Below, piece after piece: positions 25,642-35,263 of a DNA stretch of 64,000 nt. Every line of letters begins with the position of its first letter. Position 1 is the first letter of the stretch. The notes under the pieces were generated by a model, which made no database searches, had not been told where the DNA came from, and saw only the letters and a list, made by a program, of their open reading frames with translations. Source of the stretch: Thermoplasmatota archaeon (GTDB lineage: Archaea; Thermoplasmatota; Thermoplasmata; UBA10834). A program made the translations under genes and the position numbers. Location: contig JBFMHR010000003.1 of the NCBI GenBank assembly GCA_040751795.1, positions 32,001-96,000 on the forward strand. Reading direction: 5' to 3'.

Positions 25642-26562
25642 TTGGGACTGTTCGACGTAGAATCCAAGAAGGCGGAACCGAAGAAGGAGGCGCCGCAGCA
25701 CCACGCGCCATCCGGAGCGAAGGCCCTCCAGTTCGTCGTCCAGGGGGAGACGAAGAGGTCGGTCGCGTCCGGCGACGCGACGGAGTTCGAGGCGGCCCTC
25801 AAGATAGCCGACGACGGCCAGACCCACTCGGTCGCGGTCAAGGTCGACACGGTCTTCTCCGCGACGGAGGAGGGCTCCCCCGAGTGGTTCGTCAAGCTCT
25901 ACGACCCGGTCGGGGTCGTCTGGGAGAACACCCCCTCGGCCGACCAGGCCAAGGAGAAGGTCTTCGAGATCATGCCGGGCGAGGAGAAGAGCCTCACCCT
26001 CAAGATCACCTCGCCCACGGGCGCCAGGTTCGGCGACAAGATAACCGTCCTGGTGAGCGCGAACCTCACGGACGACCCGAGCGTCAACGACACGATAACG
26101 CTCCAGGCGACCGCGAGGCAGTCCATAATGGCGATCAAGACGTCCATAGGCCACGAGAAGACCGTGGCCGACTCCGTGGCCAGCAGGGCGAAGCCGAAGC
26201 CGATCGGCCTCTTCGCCATCCTGTCCCCGGCGACCATCAGGGGCTACGTCTTCGTCGAGGCGATGAACACCGACGCGCTGAGGGAGGTCGTGAAGGGCGT
26301 GCGCAGGACCAGGGGCATGGTCAAGGGCGAGACGACCTTCGCGGAGATAGAGCACTTCCTGACTCCCAAGCCCATAGTGTCGGGCATAGTCGAGGGCGAC
26401 ATCGTGGAGCTCATCGCCGGCCCGTTCAAGGGCGAGAAGGCCAGGGTCCAGCAGATCGACGAGAGCAAGGAGCAGATCACCGTCGAGCTGTTCGAGGCCA
26501 TGGTGCCCATACCCGTCACGATCAGGGGGGACCATGTGAGGGTCCTCGAGAAGGAGAAGTGA
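25642..26562 (+). CDS. spt5: Transcription elongation factor Spt5/NusG with N-terminal extension
   Basis: C-terminal ~150 aa are NGN (KTSIGHEK..GYVFVEA) plus KOW (GDIVELIAGPFKGE). TTG 25642 or GTG 25627 start. Confidence 0.93.
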   Translation: MGLFDVESKKAEPKKEAPQHHAPSGAKALQFVVQGETKRSVASGDATEFEAALKIADDGQTHSVAVKVDTVFSATEEGSPEWFVKLYDPVGVVWENTPSADQAKEKVFEIMPGEEKSLTLKITSPTGARFGDKITVLVSANLTDDPSVNDTITLQATARQSIMAIKTSIGHEKTVADSVASRAKPKPIGLFAILSPATIRGYVFVEAMNTDALREVVKGVRRTRGMVKGETTFAEIEHFLTPKPIVSGIVEGDIVELIAGPFKGEKARVQQIDESKEQITVELFEAMVPIPVTIRGDHVRVLEKEK

Positions 26563-26566
26563 AACG

Positions 26567-27040
26567 ATGGCAGAGAAGCTCGAAGTTCTGGTGGACGGTG
26601 GCAAGGCCACCCCGGGACCGCCGCTGGGTCCGTCCCTCGGTCCGCTGGGAGTGAACGTGATCCAGGTAGTGAACGCGATAAACGAGAAGACCAAGGCGTT
26701 CGCCGGGATGAAGGTGCCAGTCACCCTTACCGTCGACTCGAAGACCAAGGCCTTCGAGATCAAGGTCGGGACGCCGCCCACGAGCGCCCTGATACTCAAG
26801 GAGATCAGGGTCGAGAAGGGGAGCGGGAGCCCGAAGGCGACCAAGGTCGGGAACCTCTCGATACAGCAGGCCCTCAAGATCGCCGAGATGAAGAAGGACT
26901 CGATGCTCGGCAAGACCAAGAGGGAGAGGTTCAAGGAGGTCGTCGGGACCTGCGTGTCGATGGGCGTCACCGTCGACAACAAGGAGCCGAAGCAGGTCAT
27001 CAAGGAGCTCGAGGCCGGCGGCTACGCCGGCGTAGTCTGA
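26567..27040 (+). CDS. rpl11: 50S ribosomal protein L11
   Basis: GGKATPGPPLGP.LGP, GTCVSMG. Confidence 0.98.
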   Translation: MAEKLEVLVDGGKATPGPPLGPSLGPLGVNVIQVVNAINEKTKAFAGMKVPVTLTVDSKTKAFEIKVGTPPTSALILKEIRVEKGSGSPKATKVGNLSIQQALKIAEMKKDSMLGKTKRERFKEVVGTCVSMGVTVDNKEPKQVIKELEAGGYAGVV

Positions 27041-27067
27041 GCCACCTCCTGGGATGCGGTCGAACGG

Positions 27068-28468
27068 TCACTGCACAGCCCTGGCCATCTTCAGCCTGGC
27101 CGCCTCGCACGCGATCGTTATCACGTCCATCGTAGGAGCGGCGGGCGGGCAGTAGGCGGTCTCAAGCCTCGCGAACTCGTGCACGGTCATCCCCGCCATT
27201 ATGCCCACGGCGAAGGCGTTCACCCTCATGTGCACCCTCCCCTCGCCGACGATCTGCGCCCCCAGGATCTTCCCGGTCTCCGGGTGCGCCAGCACCTTGA
27301 CGTAGATCTCCTTCCTCCCGGGGAAGTAGTCCGGGAGGGTGAAGCCCCTGACCTTGCCAACGAGCGGCCTGATGCCGGCCGCCTCCAGCTGGGGCGTCGT
27401 CGGCCCGACGGCCGCGACCTGGCACCCGAAGGGCTCCGTCGCGCGCGTCTGCAGGAAGCCCTTCGGCAGGTGCTCGTCCCCGCCTGCGGCGTTCACGCCC
27501 GCGACCATGGCCATCTTCACTGCTATGGTGCCCAGGCCGCTCACCGTCGGCTTCCCGGTGATGAGCTCGGGGTACTCGGTGCAGTCGCCTACCGCATACA
27601 CGTCCTTGACGCAGGTCTCGCACCTGTCGTCGACGACGATCTGCCGCGTCTGCCCGACCTCGCACCCGACCTGCTTGGCCAGCTCAGTCTCCCCCCTCTG
27701 GCCGGTGGCAATGACGATGACGTCTGCGTAGAACGTCCGCTCCTCCTTCGTCTTCCTGTCCACCGCGACGACGCAGTTGGCCCTCTGCTCCCCCAGTATC
27801 TCGGTGACCTCGTACTCGTTGAACATCTTCACGTCGTGCTTCCGTATCGCGTCGGCCATCATCTGGGCCATGTCGTCGTCGACCATGGCCAGGATGCAGC
27901 TCGGGAGGTACTCGATGATGGTGACCTTGCAGCCCCTGACCATCAGCGCCTCGGCCACTTCGAGGCCGACCAGGCCAGCGCCGACCACGACCGCGCGCTT
28001 GCCCTTGGTCGAGAGCCTCTGTATGCCCCTCGCGTCGTCTATGGTCCTTAGGACGAACACGCCCTCCTTCAGCTCGCCCTGTGTCCCCTCCTTGAAGGCC
28101 CCCTTGATCGGGGGCACCCATGCCTTCGCCCCCGTGGCGAGGACCAGGGAGTCGTAGGGCAGGGCCTCCTCCGAGCCGTCCGCCTTGGTGACGTGGACGA
28201 CCTTCGCCCCGCGGTCGACGGAGGTGACGGACGCGCCGAGCAGAAGGCCTATCCTGTTCTTCTTGAGGCGCTCCTCCGGCGCCTCGATGAGGTTCGTGAG
28301 CTCGGGGATCACCCCCGATATCCCGTAGGGGAGGCCGCACCTCGAGTACTGGGGGTACGGCTCGCGCTCTATCATGACTATCTCTGCCTGGCGGTCCGTC
28401 TTCCTGGCGAACTGGGCCGCCGTGCCCCCGCCGCATCCCGCGCCTACTATGACAATCCTCCGCACCAT
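27068..28468 (-). CDS. FAD-dependent NAD(P)H oxidase / CoA-disulfide reductase family protein
   Basis: GAGCGG FAD motif, YSRCGLPY redox Cys, ATGA, GAGLVGLE, YAVGDC, AYCPP. Confidence 0.9.
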   Translation of the reverse strand: MVRRIVIVGAGCGGGTAAQFARKTDRQAEIVMIEREPYPQYSRCGLPYGISGVIPELTNLIEAPEERLKKNRIGLLLGASVTSVDRGAKVVHVTKADGSEEALPYDSLVLATGAKAWVPPIKGAFKEGTQGELKEGVFVLRTIDDARGIQRLSTKGKRAVVVGAGLVGLEVAEALMVRGCKVTIIEYLPSCILAMVDDDMAQMMADAIRKHDVKMFNEYEVTEILGEQRANCVVAVDRKTKEERTFYADVIVIATGQRGETELAKQVGCEVGQTRQIVVDDRCETCVKDVYAVGDCTEYPELITGKPTVSGLGTIAVKMAMVAGVNAAGGDEHLPKGFLQTRATEPFGCQVAAVGPTTPQLEAAGIRPLVGKVRGFTLPDYFPGRKEIYVKVLAHPETGKILGAQIVGEGRVHMRVNAFAVGIMAGMTVHEFARLETAYCPPAAPTMDVITIACEAARLKMARAVQ

Positions 28469-28627
28469 GGCAGCCAACCCTCCAGGGTCCTCCGGGAATC
28501 AGCTCAGCGGCGTTAAATCATTTCCATGCCCCTGGGGGCTCCCGGAGGGGTTGCATGGGAGCCAGGCGGGCGCCCCCCGGCCCAAAACACTTATAAACCC
28601 CCTCTGCATTGGCTGACCTCCCTAGGC

Positions 28628-28662
28628 ATGTAGGAGAGCCCCCTGGGCTCGCCGTACTACAT
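28628..28662 (+). promoter_or_regulatory. Putative uL1-binding leader hairpin upstream of rpl1
   Basis: ATGTAG-GA-GAGCCC-CCT-GGGCTC-GCCGTA-CTACAT: two helices around an asymmetric GA / G..A loop, directly before the GGAGG SD. TTATAAA promoter near 28591. Confidence 0.65.
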
Positions 28663-28675
28663 CGGAGGGATCCAA

Positions 28676-29314
28676 GTGGTAGACCAGCACCTCATAGACG
28701 TCATGAAGAAGCTCCAGGCCGAGTCCAAGAAGCGGAATTTTGTGGAGTCGGTCGAGCTGGCCATCAACCTCAAGGACATCGACCTCAGCAACCCCAAGAA
28801 CAGGATACAGGAGGAGATCATGCTCCCCAAGGGCAGGGGGCGTGAGGTCAGGGTCGGGGTTTTCGGCAGCTCCGAGATGGCCATGAAGGCCAAGGGCGTC
28901 GCGGACGTCGTCATCCAGCCCGAGGAGATCGAGGAGATCGCCAAGGACAAGGCGAAGGCCAAGAAGTTCGCGAGGGCGAACGACTTCTTCGTCGCCGAGG
29001 CGCCCCTGATGCCCACGATAGGCAAGAGGCTCGGCATAATCCTCGCCCCGAGGGGCAAGATGCCGAAGCCGATACCCCCGGGCTCGGACCCGAAGACGGC
29101 CATAGACAAGCTCAAGGTCAGCGTGAGCGTCAGGACGAGGGACAAGAAGACCTTCCACCTCGCCATCGGGACGAACGCCATGACCCCGGAGGACCTCGCC
29201 GAGAACCTCGACGCCGTCCTCAAGAGGCTCACCTCCAAGCTGGAGAGGGGCAAGATGAACATCCGCTCGGCCTATGTCAAGACCACCATGGGCCCCTCGT
29301 TCAAGGTGATCTGA
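28676..29314 (+). CDS. rpl1: 50S ribosomal protein L1
   Basis: RNFVESVELAINLK, LAPRGKMP, KTTMGP. Confidence 0.98.
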   Translation: MVDQHLIDVMKKLQAESKKRNFVESVELAINLKDIDLSNPKNRIQEEIMLPKGRGREVRVGVFGSSEMAMKAKGVADVVIQPEEIEEIAKDKAKAKKFARANDFFVAEAPLMPTIGKRLGIILAPRGKMPKPIPPGSDPKTAIDKLKVSVSVRTRDKKTFHLAIGTNAMTPEDLAENLDAVLKRLTSKLERGKMNIRSAYVKTTMGPSFKVI

Positions 29315-29315
29315 G

Positions 29316-30323
29316 ATGACGGCGCACGTCGCACCCTGGAAGAAGGAGGCGGTCGCGGGCCTCGTCACGCTGATGAGCAAGGGGGACGTGATCGGCGTGA
29401 TCGACGTCAGCGGCGTCCCCGCGCAGGCCTTCCAGACCATCAGGGCGAACCTGAGGGACAAGGCCGACATCGTCATGCTCAAGAACTCGCTCATAAGGAT
29501 CGCGATCAAGGAGGCCGCCAAGGAGAAGAAGGGGCTCGAGCAGCTGGTGGACGCGGTCGACGGGCAGTGCGCCATCGTCACCACCTCCCTTAACCCCTTC
29601 AGGCTCTACAAGCAGCTCGACGCCACGAAGACCAAGATGCCCGCCAAGGGTGGCGAGGTCAGCCCCGAGGACATCGAGGTCAAGGCCGGCGAGACGGCGT
29701 TCAAGCCCGGCCCGGTCGTCGGCGAGCTGCAGAAGGCGGGCCTGCCCGCGGCGATAGAGCAGGGCAAGGTCGTCATCAAGAAGGACAAGGTCCTGGTCAA
29801 GAAGGGCGACAAGATCCCGAGGGACGTCGCCCTGGTGCTCGCGAAGCTCGAGGTCTTCCCCATCACCGTGGGGCTGGACCTGCACGCGGCCTACGACGAC
29901 GGCATGGTGTTCAGGAAGGACGTGCTGGCGGTCGACGACAAGGAGTACCTGGACAGGGTCGCGAGGGCCGCCTCCGGCGCCCTCAACCTGTGCGTGTTCG
30001 TGTCGTACCCGACCTCGGCCTCCATAAGGCCGATGCTCGCCAACGCCCACATGAAGGCCCTCAACCTGGCTGTGAACGCGAAGATCGCCAACGAGGAGAC
30101 CATCAAGCTCATGCTCGCGAAGGCGAACGCGCAGATGCTCTCCCTGGCGTCCAAGGTCCCGTCGGGCCTGGACGACGAGCTGAAGGGCGCGCTCAGCGCG
30201 GCCCCGAAGGCCCCCGAGAAGAAGGGCGGCGAGGGCAGGAAGGAAGACAAGAAAGAGGAGAAGAAGGAAGAGAAGGTCTCCGAGGAGGAGGCTGCGGCCG
30301 GCCTCGGTGCCTTGTTCGGATAA
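29316..30323 (+). CDS. rpl10: 50S ribosomal protein L10 (P0)
   Basis: [14 protein letters not shown], acidic tail [13 protein letters not shown]. Confidence 0.98.
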   Translation: MTAHVAPWKKEAVAGLVTLMSKGDVIGVIDVSGVPAQAFQTIRANLRDKADIVMLKNSLIRIAIKEAAKEKKGLEQLVDAVDGQCAIVTTSLNPFRLYKQLDATKTKMPAKGGEVSPEDIEVKAGETAFKPGPVVGELQKAGLPAAIEQGKVVIKKDKVLVKKGDKIPRDVALVLAKLEVFPITVGLDLHAAYDDGMVFRKDVLAVDDKEYLDRVARAASGALNLCVFVSYPTSASIRPMLANAHMKALNLAVNAKIANEETIKLMLAKANAQMLSLASKVPSGLDDELKGALSAAPKAPEKKGGEGRKEDKKEEKKEEKVSEEEAAAGLGALFG

Positions 30324-30345
30324 CCGATGTAAAGGAGGCAGAAGA

Positions 30346-30654
30346 ATGGAATATGTGTACAGCGCGATGGTCCTGCACGCGGCGAAGAAGCCGGTGACGG
30401 AAGAGGGCATAACGAAGGTGTTGAAGGCGGCCGGCGTCGAGGCGGACGCGGCCAGGGTGAAGGCCCTCACGGCGGCCCTGGAGGGAGTCAACATAGACGA
30501 GGCGATCGCGACCGCGGTCGCAGCGCCCGTGGCGGCGGCCCCTGCGGCGGCTGGACCCGCTGAGAAGAAGGACGAGAAGAAGGAAGAGAAGAAAGAGGAG
30601 AAGGGCGTCTCCGAGGCAGAGGCTGCGGCCGGTCTCAGTGCGCTCTTCGGCTGA
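30346..30654 (+). CDS. rpl12: 50S ribosomal protein L12 (P1)
   Basis: [11 protein letters not shown]...[10 protein letters not shown]. Confidence 0.98.
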   Translation: MEYVYSAMVLHAAKKPVTEEGITKVLKAAGVEADAARVKALTAALEGVNIDEAIATAVAAPVAAAPAAAGPAEKKDEKKEEKKEEKGVSEAEAAAGLSALFG

Positions 30655-30747
30655 GACCTTTTCCTTAGTCTCAAACCTCTTCCCGGGACTCCGTCCCCGG
30701 AGGCCGGGACCTACGGGTCCCGCCCGGCCGGGAGCGCACGGTGAGCA

Positions 30748-31095
30748 TCAGCCCTGTCCGAGCATCCTGCCCACTTCTTTCTCGAGCATGTTGGCCAGCT
30801 CGTGCCCAATCTCCTTCCGGAGGTCCTCCGGCACGAGGGCTATCCCCAGCTTCGCCCCGCACTTGCCGATCTTGAGCAGGGCGTACGCCTCCCTGACCTT
30901 CGCCTCCATGAGCGACTCGACCGCGGCCCTGAGCTCCGCGCGGAGCTCCGGGTCCGCCTCCAGCTTCTCCCGTATATGCCTCTTGACCTCGTCCCTGACG
31001 AGGTCCTGGACCGCCTCGACCATGAGCGTCTCCGACTGCATCATCGACTTCGTGGTCTTGAGGACCGCGCTGACGACATCCTCCTCTGCTCCCGT
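30748..31095 (-). CDS. Hypothetical helical protein; start either ACG 31095 or ATG 31044
   Basis: Coding-like codon usage extends upstream of ATG 31044 to an ACG preceded by a GGTGA SD. Confidence 0.65.
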   Translation of the reverse strand, partial: TGAEEDVVSAVLKTTKSMMQSETLMVEAVQDLVRDEVKRHIREKLEADPELRAELRAAVESLMEAKVREAYALLKIGKCGAKLGIALVPEDLRKEIGHELANMLEKEVGRMLGQG

Positions 31096-31216
31096 GTTCT
31101 CACCCGACCTTCGACGGGGTTGTCAAGATAAAACCGTTTGCCCTGACCCGGCCCCAGCCCCCTCCCCTTAAAATAGAACGAAGTCGATTGCGAGCCACCT
31201 TCTGAGGACGAGCGAC

Positions 31217-32386
31217 ATGTGGGACACCGTCGGCAAGAGCGTTTTCAAGGACCAGCGCACCCTGTCCTTCGACTACGTCCCCCCCAAGCTGGTGCACAGG
31301 GACGCCCAGATGAAGCGCCTGATAATGCTCTTCAGGCCCGTCGTCGAGGAGGACGGGGCGCAGAACGCCGTCCTGACGGGCAGCGTCGGCACCGGCAAGA
31401 CCGCGACGGCCAAGCGCTTCTGCATAGACCTCAAGGACCACGCCGAGAAGAGGCAGAAGGCGGTCGACTGGACCATAGTCAACTGCAGGCAGAGGAACAG
31501 CGAGTCCGCCGTCGTGCTGCAGATCGTGAACCACTTCCAGCCCAACTTCCCCGACAGGGGCTTCTCCATCACCGAGATGCTGAGGATCCTCAGGAAGGAC
31601 CTCGAGAAGCGCAGGCTGCACATGGTGGTCGTCCTGGACGAGGCCGACGTGCTCCTCAAGAAGGCCGGCCCGGACATCATCTACAAGCTCACCAGGTTCG
31701 GCGAGGAGAAGCTCGACTCGCGCCCGCTGGTGTCCCTGATACTCGTCTCGCAGAAGAACATATTCGACATGCTCGACGCGGCCTCGACGAGCACCTTCAA
31801 GCGGACCAACCTGATCGAGTTCGGCAAGTACACCACGGAGGAGCTCAGGGACATAGTGGCCCAGAGGGCCGCGCTCGCGCTGCACGAGGGGGCGGTCGAG
31901 GAGGGCGCCCTCGACATCATCGCCGAGGCTTCCTCGGAATGGGGCGACGCCCGCTTCGCGATCGAGATCCTCGAGAAGGCGGGCATGCTCGCGGACGAGG
32001 AGGCGACGGGCAGGATAGGGGTCGAGCACGTCCGGGGCGCGAAGGCGGAGGCGTACAGCTCCATCACCGAGTCGAAGCTCTCCGGGCTCGACCTGCACCA
32101 GAGGCTCGCGCTCCTGGGCATCGCGAGGGCCTCCCGGGGCAAGGCCTACATCACCACGAGGGACGCGGAGTCCGCCTACGCCGTCGCGTGCGAGGAGCGA
32201 GGGGAGAGGCCGAGGGCGCACACGGCCTTCTGGGGCCTCATGAAGGACCTTGACACCCTGGGCGTCGTCAGCGCGAAGAAGAGCGGCCCCGGGATATCGG
32301 GGAAGACGACCGTCATAACGCTGCTGGACATCCCAGCCAAAGCGCTCGAACAGAAGGTCGTGCAACTACTAGATGAACCCCACTGA
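31217..32386 (+). CDS. cdc6: Orc1/Cdc6 replication initiation protein
   Basis: FDYVPPKLVHRD, GSVGTGKT, VNCR, VLDEAD, GDARFAI, C-terminal winged helix. Confidence 0.95.
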   Translation: MWDTVGKSVFKDQRTLSFDYVPPKLVHRDAQMKRLIMLFRPVVEEDGAQNAVLTGSVGTGKTATAKRFCIDLKDHAEKRQKAVDWTIVNCRQRNSESAVVLQIVNHFQPNFPDRGFSITEMLRILRKDLEKRRLHMVVVLDEADVLLKKAGPDIIYKLTRFGEEKLDSRPLVSLILVSQKNIFDMLDAASTSTFKRTNLIEFGKYTTEELRDIVAQRAALALHEGAVEEGALDIIAEASSEWGDARFAIEILEKAGMLADEEATGRIGVEHVRGAKAEAYSSITESKLSGLDLHQRLALLGIARASRGKAYITTRDAESAYAVACEERGERPRAHTAFWGLMKDLDTLGVVSAKKSGPGISGKTTVITLLDIPAKALEQKVVQLLDEPH

Positions 32387-32469
32387 ACGGCTTGTATCCA
32401 GCAAACTGCCAGTAGGAACAAGATATTTATAGGACGGGCCCTGTCCACGACGTAACGGATGGAGGCCCC

Positions 32470-33018
32470 ATGGGCTCGGATGACAAGGGCGCTGTGGAGA
32501 TGATACGCCCTGAGGAAGGCATGTGCTACGTCGTCAGGGAGCGTAAGCCCTTCCTCTCGTACAAGCTCTTCGAGGGCGCCATATCCGACGGGTCCCCCGG
32601 CCTCTGCGTCACGAGGCAGTACCCGGACAAGATAAGGGAGTCGTTCGACCTGAGGGACACGCGCGTGATGTGGCTCAGCCACACCCCGGGGAAGGACCAC
32701 CACAACCCGACGAGCATCGGGACCCTCGCGACCATCATCTCCTCGTTCATAGAGCGCTACGAGAAGTGCGTCGTGATCATCGACGGCCTCGAGTACCTCG
32801 TCATCAACAACGGCTTCCAGCAGGTCCTCAGGTTCGTGGAGCACATAAACGAGCAGGTCATGCAGAGCAGGTCGACCGTGCTCGTTCCCATAAGCCCCAA
32901 CGCCTTCAGCGAGAAGGAGCTGGCGCTCCTCGAGAGGAACGTCGAGGTCATAGAGGCGCCCTCCGTGAGCATGGGCCTCGAGAAGGACATGATGAGGCTC
33001 ATCGACCAGTACAGGTGA
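32470..33018 (+). CDS. Standalone DUF835 (inactive RecA/KaiC-like) domain protein
   Basis: GLCVTRQYP, WLS, IIDGLEYLVINNGF..VLRF, EKELALLER. Confidence 0.85.
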   Translation: MGSDDKGAVEMIRPEEGMCYVVRERKPFLSYKLFEGAISDGSPGLCVTRQYPDKIRESFDLRDTRVMWLSHTPGKDHHNPTSIGTLATIISSFIERYEKCVVIIDGLEYLVINNGFQQVLRFVEHINEQVMQSRSTVLVPISPNAFSEKELALLERNVEVIEAPSVSMGLEKDMMRLIDQYR

Positions 33019-33075
33019 AGGGCGGTCCGTTTTACCGGCCCAAGGTTTTTGCACACCTTCCATGATTAGCCCTGC

Positions 33076-34227
33076 ATGAACGCGACCCCTCTGAACGACG
33101 AGCACAGGAGGCTCGGTGCCAAGATGGTCTGGTTCGCAGGGTGGGACATGCCCATCCAGTACACGTCGATCATGGACGAGCACATGACCGTCAGGAACGC
33201 CAGCGGGGCGTTCGACGTGTCCCACATGGGGGACTTCATCATAAGGGGCCCCGGGGCGTCAAAGGTGATAGACCTCCTCATGACCAACAAGGTGCGCGAC
33301 GCCCCGGTCGGCCGGTGCGTCTACTCCCACCTCCTGGACGAGCGGGGGAGGATACTGGACGACACCATCGCGTCGCCTCTGGGCAAGGACGAGTACTTCA
33401 TGGTCCCCAACGCCTCCACGACCTCCAAGATGAGGAAGTGGGTCGAGAGCCACCTCGACGGGCAGGAGCTGGTGGACATGTCCTCGGAGCTCGCGACCGT
33501 CGCGGTCCAGGGCCCGATGGCTAGGGAGGTGGTCCAGAGGCTCACGTCCGCCGACCTGTCGCCCCTGGGCTCGTTCTGGGCGACGTTCGCGAGGCTCGAC
33601 CACATCGATTCCAAGGGCTCCCGCCCGAGGACCGAGCTCCTGAGGGACAGGAGGTCCGCGAACGGCCAGGGCGAGGGCATCATGGCCTACCTGTCCACGA
33701 CCGGCTACACCGGGGAGGAGGGGTTCGAGATCGCCTGCGAGAACGCGGACGCGCACGACGTGTGGAGGGCCGTCCTCGAGAAGGGGAGGGACCTGGGCCT
33801 CAGGCCGATAGGCCTGGGCGCGAGGGACACCCTGCGCCTCGAGAAGGCGCTCCTCCTGTCCGGCACCGACTTCGACGGCTCCCAGACGAGCGTGCAGACC
33901 GGCCCTTCCTGGGTGGTCGACTGGGGGCACGAGTTCATGGGCAGGAAGCACCTGGAGGAGCAGCGCGCCTCCGGTTCCTACGACAGGCTCGTGTGCGTCG
34001 AGGCGAAGGACAAGGGCATACCCAGGCACGGCTACGAGATACACAGGGACGGGGCGAGGGTCGGGACCGTCACCAGCGGCACGATGTCGCCCGTCCTGAA
34101 GAAGGGGATCGCCATGGGCTACGTCCCCGTCGGCATGTCGGCCGTCGGGACGGGGCTGCAGGTCAAGGTAAGGGACACGCTGGTGGAGGCGGAGATCGTG
34201 AAGCCGCCTTTCGTGAGGAGGGGATGA
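33076..34227 (+). CDS. gcvT: Glycine cleavage system aminomethyltransferase T
   Basis: FAGWDMPIQY, FDVSHMG, TGYTGEEGFE, GLGARDTLRLE. Confidence 0.96.
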   Translation: MNATPLNDEHRRLGAKMVWFAGWDMPIQYTSIMDEHMTVRNASGAFDVSHMGDFIIRGPGASKVIDLLMTNKVRDAPVGRCVYSHLLDERGRILDDTIASPLGKDEYFMVPNASTTSKMRKWVESHLDGQELVDMSSELATVAVQGPMAREVVQRLTSADLSPLGSFWATFARLDHIDSKGSRPRTELLRDRRSANGQGEGIMAYLSTTGYTGEEGFEIACENADAHDVWRAVLEKGRDLGLRPIGLGARDTLRLEKALLLSGTDFDGSQTSVQTGPSWVVDWGHEFMGRKHLEEQRASGSYDRLVCVEAKDKGIPRHGYEIHRDGARVGTVTSGTMSPVLKKGIAMGYVPVGMSAVGTGLQVKVRDTLVEAEIVKPPFVRRG

Positions 34228-34228
34228 C

Positions 34229-35263
34229 ATGAAGGAGCTGCTCGAGGAGCTGATACGGGTGCCCGGGGTCTCCGGGTTCGAGGAGGACATAAGGGAGCGC
34301 ATCAGGGAGAAGGTCGAGGCCATGGGCCTCGTGGCCGAGGAGGACAACATCGGCAACCTGATGGTGACCGTCGGGGACAAGGGCCCCAAGGTCGTGTTCA
34401 TAGCCCACATGGACGAGCTGGGCCTCATAGTGAGCAAGATGGAGGCGGACGGCTCCCTCAGGATACGCAAGGTCGGGGGCATCGACGACCGCACCCTCGT
34501 GGGGAGGGTCGTGGAGATCAAGACGCAGAAGGGGACCGTCACGGGCGTCATAGGCCTCAAGCCCCCGCACCTGATGACCGAGAGCGACGACAGGAAGAAG
34601 GTCGTCGGGTGGGAGGAGGTCAGGGTCGACGTCGGCACCAGGACCAGGGCCCAGACGGAGAGGCTCGGCGTGCGGATCCTGGACCCGATGGTGCTCAAGA
34701 AGGACGTGACATTCATGGGCGACATGGTCTGCGCCAGGGGCGTGGACGACAGGGCCGGGTGCGCCGTGCTCCTGGAGGCGCTGGACCGGCTCCGCAAGAA
34801 GAGGCTCCCGCTGCGGCTCACCTTCGTCTGGAGCGTCCAGGAGGAGACGGGGCTCAAGGGGGCGAAGGTCGTCGGCTTCAGGATGACCCCCGACTACGTG
34901 TTCGCGATAGACACCATGACGACGACGGACGGACCGGGCCAGGGGGAGACCTACGAGAAGATCCTCCTGGGCTCGGGACCGGCCCTCCGCATGCTGGACC
35001 ACGCCGCGGTCGCCTCCCCGAAGCTGAGGAAGCTCGTGGAGGAGGTCGCCAGGGCGGGGAAGGTGCCCCTGCAGTACGGCACGGGAGGGGGCGCCACCGA
35101 CGGAGCGGTGATGCAGGACTTCGGCGCGCTCATGATGCCGCTGGGCATACCCATGCGCTACACCCACTCCCCGACCGAGTGCGCCAGCATGGAGGACCTC
35201 GCGCAGCTCTCGAGGCTCGTGGTGCTCATATCCGAGAGGCTCGCCAAGGGCGGCAAGGGATGA
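34229..35263 (+). CDS. M42 family (TET) aminopeptidase
   Basis: GVSGFE, AHMDELG, DDRAG, QEETG, RYTHSP. Confidence 0.93.
   Translation: MKELLEELIRVPGVSGFEEDIRERIREKVEAMGLVAEEDNIGNLMVTVGDKGPKVVFIAHMDELGLIVSKMEADGSLRIRKVGGIDDRTLVGRVVEIKTQKGTVTGVIGLKPPHLMTESDDRKKVVGWEEVRVDVGTRTRAQTERLGVRILDPMVLKKDVTFMGDMVCARGVDDRAGCAVLLEALDRLRKKRLPLRLTFVWSVQEETGLKGAKVVGFRMTPDYVFAIDTMTTTDGPGQGETYEKILLGSGPALRMLDHAAVASPKLRKLVEEVARAGKVPLQYGTGGGATDGAVMQDFGALMMPLGIPMRYTHSPTECASMEDLAQLSRLVVLISERLAKGGKG

Noticed and set aside
30240-30654. Near-repeat between the 3' ends of rpl10 and rpl12
   Set aside because: Known homologous acidic stalk C-terminal peptide.
31100-32460. Replication origin (ORB repeats) beside cdc6
   Set aside because: Only weak partial matches (TCCAGCAAAC, GCCAGTAGGAAC near 32397-32420), with no repeated ORB plus G-string and no extended AT-rich unwinding element.
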